A DNA stretch of 63,478 nt, filler included, from Folioceros fuciformis (GCA_049999805.1; 10 parts of 10 records of this genome joined end to end with filler, not necessarily neighbours in it); one strand, 5' to 3'; positions 11,789 through 24,383 are shown, counted from the whole stretch's first letter. The notes: generated from the letters alone by a model not told the origin. A program made the numbers and translations.

Positions 11789-13062
11789 AAATATCATGTA
11801 GGTAACCTTAAATAGATTCCCAGCTGGTAGATAGGAAGTTGGTACTTTCCTTTTTGTATTTGTTTTTCCTTGGGTTACTTGTAGTGGTACGGCAAACCTC
11901 ACATGGCTTGTGCTTACACATTTATCCACACCTGCTATAGAAGTAGATTTTTATTAGGAAAAATGCTAGCTTTTTACCTTACATATATATGTACCCCTAC
12001 CTATCTTCCTACTCACTCTTCTCATTTCCATTGTTCTCTTTTTCCACCACTGGCTCCACTTTGTTAGCCTCCACCTCTTCAAGGTGGGGGCTATTTGCAC
12101 TTGGGTGCGACCTCCAACTCGGGCTCCCCTCACATACAGCCGGCTGGGAGGTCACATCATCCTTCATGGCGCCCCAGGACTCCTCCGACGTATCATCTTC
12201 TTCGACTTTGAAGTCATCATATCCTGGATCTTGTGAAGACACAACTCCCGAGTCTTCACTTGTCGGGTTTTTGCCTTTGGAATGAGTGGGAGATAATTGT
12301 CGACAAGGATTATCTACAACAACACCACAACTTAGCGTTATGCAATAATGCATTTCATGCAATTTATTTTAGGCTTATTCACTCACCAGCTTGTTCGACC
12401 TCCTTCATCACCACTTCGGCGTTCTCTATATTGGCTTGTACAACAAACAAGTCCTCCTCTTCATCAACCATCTCTTCACCTATGTTAGCAGCTTTGGCAC
12501 ATACTTGAAGAAAATCAGCATCAAAATTCGGATCCTCTATTGAATGACCAGGACCCGACATCGGGATTTGATCTCCCCGTGCTAATGCATCCCGATACCA
12601 TAAGATGCGTGCACGAGCAGCATGCCGACTCAAGGCATTTTTCTCCCTCCGAGGGGCCAGCTTTCTTCTCCTTGCCACACGCACCGCACGAGCTAATGTC
12701 TGTTTAGCCATCTTCATAGATACTAATTTGCTGTAACGCAGAGTGAGGGGGGGCGGGATATGCTCCTACACTCGCGCGCCCTGACACACCATGTAGCAGG
12801 AGGCAGCAATCTGCAAACAATGATCTACAGCATGAGCAATCATTAGCAACACTTGCGATGTAGCCAGTACTAGGATGCAGTAGAAATTGCGGCCTTTAGA
12901 CCCAGGATGCAGCAGCAATTGCGGCCTTTGGACCGCGGCAATCACCAGGAGTGGGAGTCGCGACGACGATCTAGCCGAGTGCACAGAGGAATGTGGCAGC
13001 CTCGGTGCGCAACACCTAACCACGGGCGTGCGAAGCATGGCGCTTGTAGAAGCCCAGAGCAT
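11726..13062 (-). CDS. Unidentified spliced gene (acidic central region, transit-peptide-like N-terminus); 3' exon runs into Copia integrase DNA
   Basis: GT-AG introns 12386-12275 and 12016-11932 both keep the frame (...EQA/GKNPTSED...GNEK/SVDKCVS); 5' exon boundaries are uncertain. Confidence 0.55.
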
Positions 13063-13123
13063 GGCGCCAATAGATGCATGGTGATGGCGGTACCACCTAG
13101 CCTATATAAAGGCTTGTACTTTA

Positions 13124-13344
13124 CCCTCCAACATCCAAGCAAGGATATTACTTATTAAAGCATGGGTAGGGAAACACTTTTGGCAAGTTCTCTACTCAAG
13201 ACTCCCTCCGACATCCAAGCAAGGATATTACTTATTGAAGCCATGGGTAGGGAAACACTTTTGGCAAGTCCTCTACTCAAGACTCCCTCCAACATCCAAG
13301 CAAGGATATTACTTATTAAAGCCATGGGTAGGGAAACACTTTTG
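13124..13344. repeat. Tandem repeat of an 80-81-bp unit, about 2.7 copies
   Basis: ACATCCAAGCAAGGATATTACTTATT... starts at 13131, 13211 and 13292. Confidence 0.92.
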
Positions 13345-14914
13345 CTTGTCTCTTGTTTTTTTCAAGAAGTTGGTTGAGGCCATGGAATCTCATGGGTTGT
13401 TGAACCCATAGGCTTGGGCCACATAGTTCACGCACACAAGAGTTCTTTCATTGTAGTATTGGGTTGGCGCATACACATAACTCCCATTTAGTTTGTCTCA
13501 AGGATCAACAATAAAGAGTACGTGAGGATTGGCCACTATTGAGATCCAAGCAAAATATATTGGCCTTGGTACAACGATTCTACTAGGCACAACATACACT
13601 TTTCTAGTACAATGAATAAACCATCCCCGTTGTCCACGCGTGGTAGGCAGCTGGAAAAGAGCCAAGAGTTTAGTTTTTTTGTTTGTTTGTCATGCATGTT
13701 ACTATACCACTTCCTCTCCCCAACTCCACCTCTACTTGTACATCGTTCCCCTGCCCGTCGCCTTCGCCTCCCCTAATACCTGCACATGCGTTTATTTTAC
13801 AACTTTCCCTCCCCCCCCGAGTTCGGTATGCCACCGGTCAATGTATTGCAAGTTTCACTCTCGGGTTTCTTTACTTTCTGGATAAAAACAATAGTGTGTA
13901 ATTGTTACTTTGTGGGGCGCATGTGAATGAAAGATCTTGTTTCGACGAGAATGCTCTGGAACATGGTGGTTCCGTCCGGCGGGTGTCTGGACCTTCCATC
14001 TGGGCACACTTCGAGAGGTTCTGCAGCTCACAAGCTGAAGCTGACCTCCGTTTGGGCACTGGTTTTTGGTATTGCTGATATTTCTGTCGCAACATCATTC
14101 CCTTTGAGTCCCTCTAGCTGGTTCTGGATCACTCTCAGGCTTCTGACGGAGTCCAGGATCAAGCTGGAAGGTAGTGTAGCCAACTCCGCTCCAAGTAAGG
14201 TGCTCCGCCTTTCTGCGGTCACCTTCCGTACTAACCGTGCATCTGTTGCTTTTTGTGGCGTACCCGCCTACAGAATGTGGCTGAGCTGTTTGTCTGTTTT
14301 CTTTGTCATTCGTCATCCCTGAGCGTTGGAGTTGGCTAATACCTACCCAATTTTTTTTCGTTCTGCCATGGCACCCAGGCAAGCGCAGCAGCTGTCTATC
14401 TTACTTGCTTCAGGTATCGTTCGCTCGAAGGCAATGTGTTTGTGCGGATGCTTTTTGTTTGTCACCTTCAACCCTAGGTTTTGGCAAGGTTTCATGTTTC
14501 TGATCCGATCCCTCGCGTTCTTCTGTCTGATCAGAACCGCACCTTGATTACATACCAGCAAGTGGCCTTGCGTACGAGGGAAGCTACAATTGCCGGCCGC
14601 ACCAGTCGGATTATGGCCACCAAATAGCACTTGGCTTGAAACGGAAGCGCCTATGTGGTGAAAGCGAGGGGATATACTCGGAAACAAAGCAGCAGGTGCA
14701 GGACACCATTTACCAGTGGAACCAGGACTCCGGAAGGCTACCAGGTGGGCAGCAACCAACCGCCAACGGCTCTCCATCGGCTGCAAATTTTTATCAGCCG
14801 TCATCCATTGTTCACGGCAATATTCTTCCACAAGAGGCAAATAGACTTGGGGCGGCGTCACTGCCTAAGACTCCTACGTCTCACTCTTGTCCAGAAACTA
14901 TCAGGCCTGTAGGG

Positions 14915-15598
14915 ATGTTTGGTGTCCTCTTCCCTAATCGTAGCTTCCCCATGGACGCATCAAAGTTTTTCCAAGTGGATCCTCTCCACTGGATATTGGA
15001 TATGAACGCCTTGGTTGGTTGGTTTCCGTTCACAGTTCCATTGTGCTTTTCCAGCATTCTGTTGTTGAGCTAGTGTCTCGAGGTCAGCTTGGGATGTAGC
15101 TGACTTTCATCTTCTCCTCTGGTTGCAGGAGAAGGATACGAGGAAGTGAAGGAGATGTGTATCTTTCTTCTGAATGAGTTTTCCCTGCCAGCTGATAAAG
15201 CCCTAGCCGTTTACGTGCAAGCTCCAGGTTCTGCATTCGAGTATAGAGGTGCTGTGTTTGCCTCTTGCCCGTCAGCAGTGCTGCCACTGCTTTGGCCCAG
15301 TCGAGGCGGGAGTGGTCAAATGCAGCTCACAGGGGCTGACTGTCCCCCTCTCACAGCTATGATAGGAGTCTCCGTTGAAGATGTTGCTACTTTACCAGTG
15401 GTGAATGTCGGACAGCAGAGCCGCATTGAGGAGATGGCTCTAAAAGTAGGAGAAAATCTCTTCAACTTTATGCAGTCCTTCTGCAGTGTAGAGAGCAACA
15501 AACTTGTGGTTCCCTTGGATATCCTCGATCGATGGTTTAAGAAATTCCAAGATCGAGCCAAGCGAGACCCGGATTATCTCAATAGATTTAGAGTGTAG
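14915..15598 (+). CDS. OPI10: OPI10/Hikeshi-like protein (DUF775); exons 14915-15017 and 15129-15598
   Basis: MFGVLFPNRSFPMD...CIFLLNEFSLPADKALAVYVQAPGS...KVGENLFNFMQSFC...LDRWFKKFQDRAKRDP; GT-AG intron keeps the frame. Confidence 0.9.
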
Positions 15599-16069
15599 AT
15601 GAACACCCTAGGGCCCCTTGGAAATAGAACGTTCCTGGCGCAGAGCTCCTGTCTCCCTCTAACCAGGAGAACAATTTTGAACTGCTATCTGGTGGTCTGG
15701 ACGTTTCCACACCGTATTGACCGTGGTGGCCCACTTTTGCCGAATCCCAGATACTTCCAGCTCCTGGTCTGTGATGCTTGCTCCTAACGGAGACGATCCC
15801 TGCCTGGCACGTCGCCGGCATCACGCCCACTAGAATCTTGCAGCGTGCAACTTGGACATGGTGTGAGGTTCATGGGGATATCCTTCCACACACAGGCGAA
15901 AAAGGACATGCTCGCGCCATGGGAGGACAAAACCACGATGGTAACAACTTCCACGGTTTATCCGTAACCATTTCCTGTCAGAGGCGCTTTCTCTCATCAG
16001 GCTAGTGTGAAGCTGACGCCGCTGCGGGAGTGGAGGTGTAGTGAAGAATCAAATGCGAGGGCGTGAGAC

Positions 16070-16169
16070 NNNNNNNNNNNNNNNNNNNNNNNNNNNNNNN
16101 NNNNNNNNNNNNNTTAATTAATTAANNNNNNNNNNNNNNNNNNNNNNNNNNNNNNNNNNNNNNNNNNNN
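16070..16169. other. Artificial contig spacer
   Basis: N44-TTAATTAATTAA-N44. Confidence 0.98.
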
Positions 16170-18206
16170 GGATGGTCCTGTTCATCCGTTCGGCCACACC
16201 ATTCTGGGGAGGAGTGTACGGGGCAGTCAATTCTCTCCTAATTCCCTTGGAATCACATAATGACTGGAAAGCCTTCGAAACATACTCTCCCCCATTGTCT
16301 GTCCTTAGACATTTCAGTCGCAGGCCAGACTGATTCTCCACAAGGGTGACGAACTTCTGAAACGCTGTCAGAACATCATCCTTTTTCCTCAAAGGATAAA
16401 CCCATACTTTGCGTGAGAAATCATCTATGAAAGTGACAAAATAGGATGCACCGCCTAATGATACAGTGGGCATATGTCCGCAAACGTCACTGTGAACCAA
16501 CTCAAGAGGTTTACTTTTGTGTTTACCTCTTGCTCCATGTGGTGACTTCGTCTGTTTCCATACAGACAGTGCTCACACATGGAGAAATCGGAGAAGTCAA
16601 AAGCAGGGACGTAACCAAAACGAGATAGTATCTTCATTCCTTTTTGAGACATATGTCATAACCGACTATGCCACAAGGAAACACTTGGCTATTCCGTTAC
16701 ACAAATCACATGATCCTTAAGAGTGGTTACTTGAAGTGAGTACAAAGTGCCACACTTCGATCCACGAGCTAACACAAGAGAACCAACAGGGTTTAGGGTG
16801 ATAGCTAACGTCATCCAACTGCCCTGCACTAATCATGCTTTTAGCCAACTTCAAAACATGCCTAACATCCTTCAGTATGAATGAAGATCCATTGTCGAAC
16901 TTCAACTGCACATCACCAACGCCTGCAATCTCGCATGCGTAGGTATTTCCAAGCCGTACACATCCTTTCTTAGTAGCATAATACGTGCTAAACCACTCCC
17001 TATGCGGAGTAACATGGAAAGATGCTCCAGAGTCAATTATCCAATTAGAGAAGAAGTGACTATCCACGGCTGTCAGTTGTGCAGAATCGAAGGAAGAAGA
17101 GATAAGAACATCTCCATCGTCAACAGAATTCACCTCGTTAGGCTTGGTACTCGGACTTGCCTTGTTGTCGCTTTGCTTCATCTCCTTTCCTTTGTCCTTC
17201 TTGAACTGTTCGCAGTCCTTCCTGATGTGACCCTTCTTGTGACAATGGTAACACTCAACATTGTTATGACTACGAGATTTACTACGGGAAGAACTTCGCT
17301 CCTTGTACTTCCCCTTTGAAGTGGACCTTCCTCTCACCATGAGGGCATTAGAACCTTTCGAAGGTTCCATATTCTTCCTGTTCACCTCCTCTGTTAACAG
17401 GCTACCTTCTACATTTACAGCGGTAAGACCACTAGTAGGAGTGGAATTACTCAGAGCTCTACAAAAGGTGTCCCAGCTCTCTGGTAATGTGACCAACAGA
17501 AACATAGCTCTCACGAAATCTGGAAACGAGATACCTTGAGATGAGAGCTAGCTGAAAATGGTATTGAACTTGTTTAGATGATCGGACATCCTCGTCCCTT
17601 CCTTCAACTTCAAGTCCACTAGTTGTTTCAACCAGTACACTTGAGAAGCCGCACTTTGCTTCTTGTACAGGTCACACAACTTCTACCATAGCTCGTAGCT
17701 TGTGGTCTTGTCTTTCACGTTGAAGTAGACCGACTTCGACAATGTTAGCATGATGGTAGACCTGGCAAGCTCATCTAGGTCCTGCCACTCATCCTGAGTC
17801 ATGCTAACGGGTTTCACTCCTAGCAACTTTATCGGCTTAATCTGCTTCTTCTATACTAGAACATTATACACTTGTTCTTTCTAGAACAGGAAGTTAGTAC
17901 CATCTAACTTCTCGATATTGAACATAACGTTTTCTGAGGACGCCATGTTTCAAAATCGATGCAAATCAACCAAAATGCTAGTTAGATACTGTCGAAATGT
18001 AATGTAGATTCTGTTACCCTCACTTTTGTTTTGAATCGGCTGTCCACAAGTCGACTCGACAGGCCTGAATCCTTCGATTGAGATCTCGCCGCCTCGTGGC
18101 CGGGATTCACCTAGCTTGCGCTCATGTCCCTCTCGTCACCCGTGGTGTCCGTCCTCCGGCGTTCGCGACGCTTTTTGGCTCGGCGATTCGTTGGCCAGGA
18201 TGCGTC
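16170..18206 (-). mobile_element. Copia family B: 5' UTR, gag (ATG 17946), protease, integrase; pseudogenised
   Basis: MASSENVMFNIEKLDGTNF, CYHCHKKGHIRKDC, WIIDSGASFH, LRTDNGGEY; several TAG stops. Confidence 0.93.
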
Positions 18207-18306
18207 NNNNNNNNNNNNNNNNNNNNNNNNNNNNNNNNNNNNNNNNNNNNTTAATTAATTAANNNNNNNNNNNNNNNNNNNNNNNNNNNNNNNNNNNNNN
18301 NNNNNN
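18207..18306. other. Artificial contig spacer
   Basis: N44-TTAATTAATTAA-N44. Confidence 0.98.
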
Positions 18307-18329
18307 ACTAGGAACTGTCTCGTACTTAC

Positions 18330-18375
18330 CATTGGGCATGAACTTGTGCTTGTACCAAGGCGAGTTGAGAGCCAT
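18330..18375 (-). CDS. Possible first coding exon of an unidentified gene cut by the contig end
   Basis: ATCATGGCT start, MALNSPWYKHKFMPN, then a strong G/GTAAGT donor. Confidence 0.3.
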
Positions 18376-19667
18376 GATGTCAACGTTTCTCCACACAAGC
18401 TTCCAAAAGCGACTAAACACAAACCTTCTCAGAACACCAACGCAACCTCTTGCATCACATGTCAACGTTTCACCTCACAGCCTGTCAAACGTTGAGGAAA
18501 CAAGTAGCGTCCCCGGCCCCGGCACACCAATACCAACAAGATCTCTCGTCCCACACCTCGGATTCTCCCGCCGCTTCCGGAACATATCACTTTCTTCGAG
18601 AACACAATCAAAAGCCTATTGACAACACCGCTCCTGCGGCATCTCCCACGCCCGTTTGCCTTATCCTATGACATGACGACAACAAAGGCGTGGCCACACT
18701 AGCAGCAGCTTGGGCTCCTGCAAAGAACCCTTTTCCTTTCTGGGCCGCTGTGGCGTGCAGGGTCTGACCTGATTGCTAGGAATGCTGACTAACGGTCATT
18801 CCCAACCGTCGTGACCCTCGTTTCTCATCTGGCTTATGTGGAATGCATAGGCCGTTAGGCCTTTCACCAGTCACACAGCTCAGCCTTGATCCTTTCGGGC
18901 ACTTGGCTCATCCACCGTGTGCGGAACACGTACGGTAGTAGCTGATTTTGGCACCAGTAGCGCCTCTTTCTTTGGGGAAGTATGTAATTAGTACCACGCT
19001 CCACCTCTAGCAAGGTGTACACGCATTGGATTTTACTTCAGCGTCGTGCAATGTTCGCACGACTTCATGATGACAGAAAAGTCTGTGCAGTTCGGCTAGC
19101 CAGGTCGGGTGAGAGCACCAAAAGCGTCCGTAGAAGGATCAGCATTTGTTCAACCGGCCAGCACAGAGTTCAAAAAGGACATTTTCCTAAAGTTCGATGA
19201 CACAGAGCTTTGCCTGTCCAACAAAAATTCTGGTACAACCAAGAGTATGATGAGACCGTCGAAGGAATTGCAGGCAATTGAGAGGCAGACGTGCCAAAAA
19301 AGATGTATGATCACCTCTGCAAAATAACAGCGAGATGAACACGCTGCGATTCGAGTCAAGCCTTGACCTGCATTTGCATGTTTGTTTTCAAGGGCTTTCA
19401 GCGCTTCACAAAGAAGATACAGAGCAAACCCTTGCGCCAGGCACGTGGCAGGCAGAGCACACGCCCAGTCCTCATCAGCCGCAGGGACCCCTAGCCTCAG
19501 GGAAACTCAAGATCTCCAAGCTTGGGCTTTAAAGATCCAGTCCTGGTTCTCGCCAGGAAACGAAACAGACTCCTGTCATCCACTGCCTCTGCAACTCGAA
19601 AGGCAACCATTGCATAACGAGTACAAGCTCCTTGATAATTGTCAGCGGTGAGCAATTGCCAGTAGTT

Positions 19668-20621
19668 TCAGTCGTCGTCGTCCCGCTGTTTCAGTAATGA
19701 AACAGGGGTGAAGTGTAGAGATTTAGAGAAACAACTACTGCACTGCTTGGCGAGGAATTGGAACCTCTTGTTGTCGAACTTCATCTTCTTCATCAACTTC
19801 TTTTGATGATAAACAAACAGCCTCTCATGCAAGTCCTGATAACTCGGGTCTGTAGCCGTGGCAAGGAAGTAGGCATATCCCGCCAAGAGGGCACCTGTTG
19901 TGACAAAAAATGCTATAGGCTCCATGACGTCCCACGAAAACTCCCAGAAGGTAAGGCGGAAGAAAACCAGGAAATGGCCAGTGAGAACCATCAATCCCGC
20001 GAACAAGTTCTTGCGCACCTTCTTGTGTGCCAGCGCATCAATCTGCTCCTTCATTTTCTGAAGGTTGTGGAACTCCTCCCTCCGTGGGTCGTCCTCGAGC
20101 GCCAGCGCCAGGGGCAGCGCCTTGGCAACCTGCCTGGCTACGGTCTCCGGGTGCAGAAACACCCGATCCCTAAACACAAACACCACTCCAGAGGAGTCCA
20201 AGGCTCGGACCATTTCTGCAGCCTCCTGCGGGTTCCTGGCCAGCCTCTCCGCCTCACACAAGCTCAACAGCTCAGGCAGGCTCATGTGCTCGCGAGTCTC
20301 CGCATGTAACCGGTGTTTGAGCGACGTGAGGTTCACATGCCTCAAAACCTGCTGCACCTCCTCCGCGGTCACTCGCGGCTCCCGGCACCCCACCTGAGTG
20401 TGCTCGCTATCCCCTTCCCCCTCGTCCCCGGAATTCTCTTGCGCCATTCCAGCCGTGTGCAGCCAGAAGGGCTGCTGCCCCCACCCGCAGGCCGACTGGC
20501 GCCATTTCGCTCCACTCACGCCGGGCTGCACCTGCCTCCGCGCCCCAAGCCTCTCCAGCGCCCGCCCAGAAGCCGCCCTCCAGAGCCAAATTCCTCTCAG
20601 ACACGCACTTTTGGCAGCCAT
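19668..20621 (-). CDS. MCU: Mitochondrial calcium uniporter family protein (intronless)
   Basis: RLTFWEFSWDVMEPIAFF pore motif between two TM helices, coiled coil, Arg-rich presequence-like N-terminus. Confidence 0.93.
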   Translation of the reverse strand: MAAKSACLRGIWLWRAASGRALERLGARRQVQPGVSGAKWRQSACGWGQQPFWLHTAGMAQENSGDEGEGDSEHTQVGCREPRVTAEEVQQVLRHVNLTSLKHRLHAETREHMSLPELLSLCEAERLARNPQEAAEMVRALDSSGVVFVFRDRVFLHPETVARQVAKALPLALALEDDPRREEFHNLQKMKEQIDALAHKKVRKNLFAGLMVLTGHFLVFFRLTFWEFSWDVMEPIAFFVTTGALLAGYAYFLATATDPSYQDLHERLFVYHQKKLMKKMKFDNKRFQFLAKQCSSCFSKSLHFTPVSLLKQRDDDD

Positions 20622-21899
20622 TCCTGCACATCACCCATCACCCAGAATCAGGCAACCCACCAAAACCCGAAAAGTCGACTCCGCCATTCCACCAGCGCAC
20701 ACCCATCGGCCGGGAAATGACAACCCAACCTCTGAGACTCAAGTGCGGACAGGACCCACAACCCACGCTGCTGCTATCGGTACGACAACAGCCAAGGCAA
20801 TTACAGCACCCACCCTAGTTCACTCCGATTCTTGGCACGCAAGCGCAAGATGCACAACGGCCACAACTGCAGCTGCCGACCTTGGCGGATCCGACGAGGC
20901 AGACAGGAGAAGAAGAGAAGCGCGTGAAGAAGCCCCCGGGCCAGGACGAGCGGGGCCCTTGACGCTCCTTCAGGGCCAAGGAGGGCTGGCTGGCTTCCTC
21001 ACACGCCTCTCCATGCTCCGCGTGCGCCACAGTCAGCTGGAGCCTGGGCGCCTTCCCCGACGCCCACCGGGTCCACCTGAGAGCGGCAACGGAAGGGAGG
21101 CAAGGAAAGGAGAAAGGATTTGATTCTCGTCTCCCAGTCCCAGACCTCAACGTCGGCTAGGGCAGGACCAAGCACAATTCCTGAATTCCCCTCACTTCCC
21201 ACACGGCTCTGCGGGACAGGAAGATACGCGCGGGGACCAAGCGAGACCCCGCTTGCTCTGCAGCTTAATAAGAAGCGCCAGAAGAACCCTGAATCTGCAT
21301 CTGCACCTGAGCCTTGTCTGCAACTGTGGCCAGAATCCGTTCTGTCAACGGGCTAGTTCGTTGCTGCCAGTTACATACTCGTCCACCAAATGCGTACGCC
21401 GCTCATTGGCCACGTCGCAGTCGTAATTTCCTCTGCCTTCGACTTTGCCGTTGGCGCGCTTGCCTATCGCCAAAAGGTAAAAGGTATAGTATTCGAACGA
21501 TAGAGTTTAGCCACATTTATGCTCCTCTCCTACGCATATAGCAGACATGGAGACACTGAATCTCGATAAAATACGTAAAGTACATACCGATAGACGACGG
21601 TGCCCACTTCATGAACCCTTATCTACGCCAGGCAGGCTAGGCTGATGTGTCGCCACTGACGTGTGAAGCTCAGCTGGTCACCTAGTCACCTGAGTATGTG
21701 GCATCGCCGTGGCAGGCCCCTTATTCTGGCCGCGTACAGGAGGAGTCGGTGCCCGTCCTCCGCTTCCAAGTTCCGAGCACGAACGTGTGGCGTGCGCGCA
21801 CATGCACGGAAGAGGTTAGGGCGCGATCACCAAACGTCACCTCACCTACACATAGTACTGGAACCACCACGCCAATCATGCTCGCTGTGCCAACTATTC

Positions 21900-23686
21900 C
21901 AGGAAAGTGCAAGGGGCACGACACAGACACGATACCCATCCGGATCCTCAACAGCCGAACATTGACACAGCCCACCACTCTTCCATGGCATCCCTGGCGC
22001 CTTCCTCGCCAGTACGCAGATGACACATGCAGCTGCCACTTCGCCTGTCGGTACTCTGACCCTGGAGTCGGAGGACACAGCTCTGGTAAGCTTCCAACTC
22101 GCCTTTCTTCGACTGACGACGCAGCAACACAACTTGTGATGTCCTGGAATTACAGGCATCACATGCTTCATCAGTCATTCTCCTTTCCTGGCGGAAGCTT
22201 CGGGACCACAGTCCAGAATGTTCCGAAAGTGTAGGGCTTATAAAACTTGCAGCACACTACGGCATACATTGGGCACTATCGGCAAGCTCGTGCAATGCTT
22301 TGGCGTGCTCTTGAAGCTCCTGCCTGGTAAACCTTCAGCAGTCAGTGCACATGCCTGCTGATCCCCCTGATTGACCACAATCTGGGACTCCCAGAAATAC
22401 TGCATCCAATGGAATGGTTTGGATTCCAACTCATTTTATGCAGTTTCGGAAGTCCCCCACACTTGACCAGCACTTGCGCTGGAAGCTCTGCTCTGACACC
22501 GCCAACGCCTGTACACACTTCCCCAACTTGGTTTCTCCCCTTCGCTGTCGCGTCTTTCAGCCTGTTCTTGATGATCAACGGAATCCATACACTCCTGTGC
22601 TATGTCAAACTCCTGTCCTGAGTAACACCCGACCACAATGGGAAGGGTGGTTGCAAGACATCAGCTTCCAAACCTGAAAGTCTCTAGGGCAGAAATTGTT
22701 GTGTGTGTCCCAGATTCCGACTCGAACACACGAAGGTTATTCACGTTGCTGCACAAGTAGCAGGTCTCCAACGCTCAGCGGGGTGCGATTCTGAAGCTTT
22801 ACGTGGTTCCATCGAAGCCCAGCCGTAGTAGGAACATGTGGGAATTCCAAGCCTCCAGCAGTGTGACTTGGTGAATCTTCCCTCAACCATGCCCTCTGCA
22901 GCCATAAACTCCAGGACACCTGGGGAAGCCTCCTTGCCGAGTACGGTTCACCTGCATCCCCTTCAGCAGACTCTCCATCCTACTACACCTCCTTAGGGTC
23001 AGCACTGCGCATGGCAGGAGCTGCCTGATGAATCTTGGTTGCTGGCACCTCACACAACAGGAGTCCACCATCGAGGTGGCAATACCTTACGCCTCGGACA
23101 AACCCTTGAAAGTGTGTTCCCAAACCCTGGCAAGCCTACAGTGTAGTGGAGGTCAGAACGGAATGCGCGATTCCCGGGTTCATTCTATTCGAAATTCACA
23201 GGATTTGTGCCACTCATTCCAGGTCCAAGTCTCTTCCAAGTGGATTTGTGCAACTCATCCATACGGCCAGGATGGAGAGATTACTGGTAAACATGTATAG
23301 GGAAAACGCATCTTATCTTTTCAATTCGATTGAAGACGAAGGAGAAGTTTCTTGTGGTCCAGTACGGACGGATTTCCGTCCTTAGTAGACTGCAAGGCTC
23401 TTATATCCGTATCATTGTCTTCCATAGTTGGATCCTTGCATAAAAGGGGCCGGTTGCAAAGTTCAAAAGGTCATTGAGAGTAAGGCACTCTCACTCCATC
23501 ATCATTTGAGGCATTTTCGTATCAATAGGGGCCAAGGAAACCTTTGTAGCATTACCCTTGAAGAGGTGATAATGTCTTACATTCACGAAAATTGACTTTA
23601 GCTAAGAAAAACACAAGGATGTAGGATGATTGATCTACAAAGGTTTGCAGACATCCACAAGTCAATTATACTGTATCCTTCCACTC
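21900..23686 (-). mobile_element. Probable highly degraded LINE (L1-like) fragment
   Basis: No long ORF or consistent splice pattern; fragments only loosely resemble the post-RT part of L1 ORF2; weak. Confidence 0.3.
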
Positions 23687-23786
23687 NNNNNNNNNNNNNN
23701 NNNNNNNNNNNNNNNNNNNNNNNNNNNNNNTTAATTAATTAANNNNNNNNNNNNNNNNNNNNNNNNNNNNNNNNNNNNNNNNNNNN
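23687..23786. other. Artificial contig spacer
   Basis: N44-TTAATTAATTAA-N44. Confidence 0.98.
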
Positions 23787-23988
23787 ATAGTCGCTCTCAT
23801 TCTGCACAGTCGCAGCAGGTCCGTGGCTGAGCTACTGCCTCCCACAACGTGCCAGCCACAACAAAGCGGTCCACAAAATTCCACCCAGTGCTCCTTCCCT
23901 GTACCTTGCTCTTGTCTTTGGACTCGTTCAGGCGTTCCCCGTATTCGTACAGTTTCTCCACAGCCGCCGACTCGTCGGGCGTGGCCAT
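23787..23988 (-). CDS. API5: Apoptosis inhibitor 5-like protein, 5' end (exon 23905-23988, exon 23787-23801 partial)
   Basis: MATPDESAAVEKLYEYGERLNESKDKSK/NESDY matches the plant API5 N-terminus; GT-AG intron. Confidence 0.85.
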
Positions 23989-24383
23989 GCTCCGCTCCCA
24001 CCGCCCGACTGGGGCGCGCGGCGCGGAGCTCCCTGGATTCCCGTCTACTCTTTCCCACCTCCCGCGTCCTGCTCCTGCTCCTGCTCCTCCTCCTTGCTCC
24101 TGCTTCCGCCAAATCCTTCGCCCACGCAGCGATGATTTCTGTCCACACGCTAACGGACGGAACAGCCTTGGACGTAAGCCAGGGTTTGAAAATAAGAAAC
24201 CCGTCAAGCCCTAACCGTGGTCAATAACCGGCCCGCATAAGGAAACCAAAATATAAATGTTTTTCTTTTGGGTTTCCGCCAGTCGGGTGTGGTCCCCCCG
24301 AAAACGAGCAAGCAAACGCCTCGGAAGCCAAAGGTGCCCCGCGTGAACGCACAAGCACCTGCAGAGCAAGCCAGGAAGCAGCA

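Noticed and set aside
13124-13344. ORF 13162-13377 with a repeated peptide, or a CRISPR array
   Set aside because: Simple translation of a tandem repeat with no unique spacers
19758-21123. Long plus-strand ORFs antisense to MCU (similar ones overlap NPF, CHR18 and Copia pol)
   Set aside because: Shadow ORFs expected opposite GC-rich coding sequence
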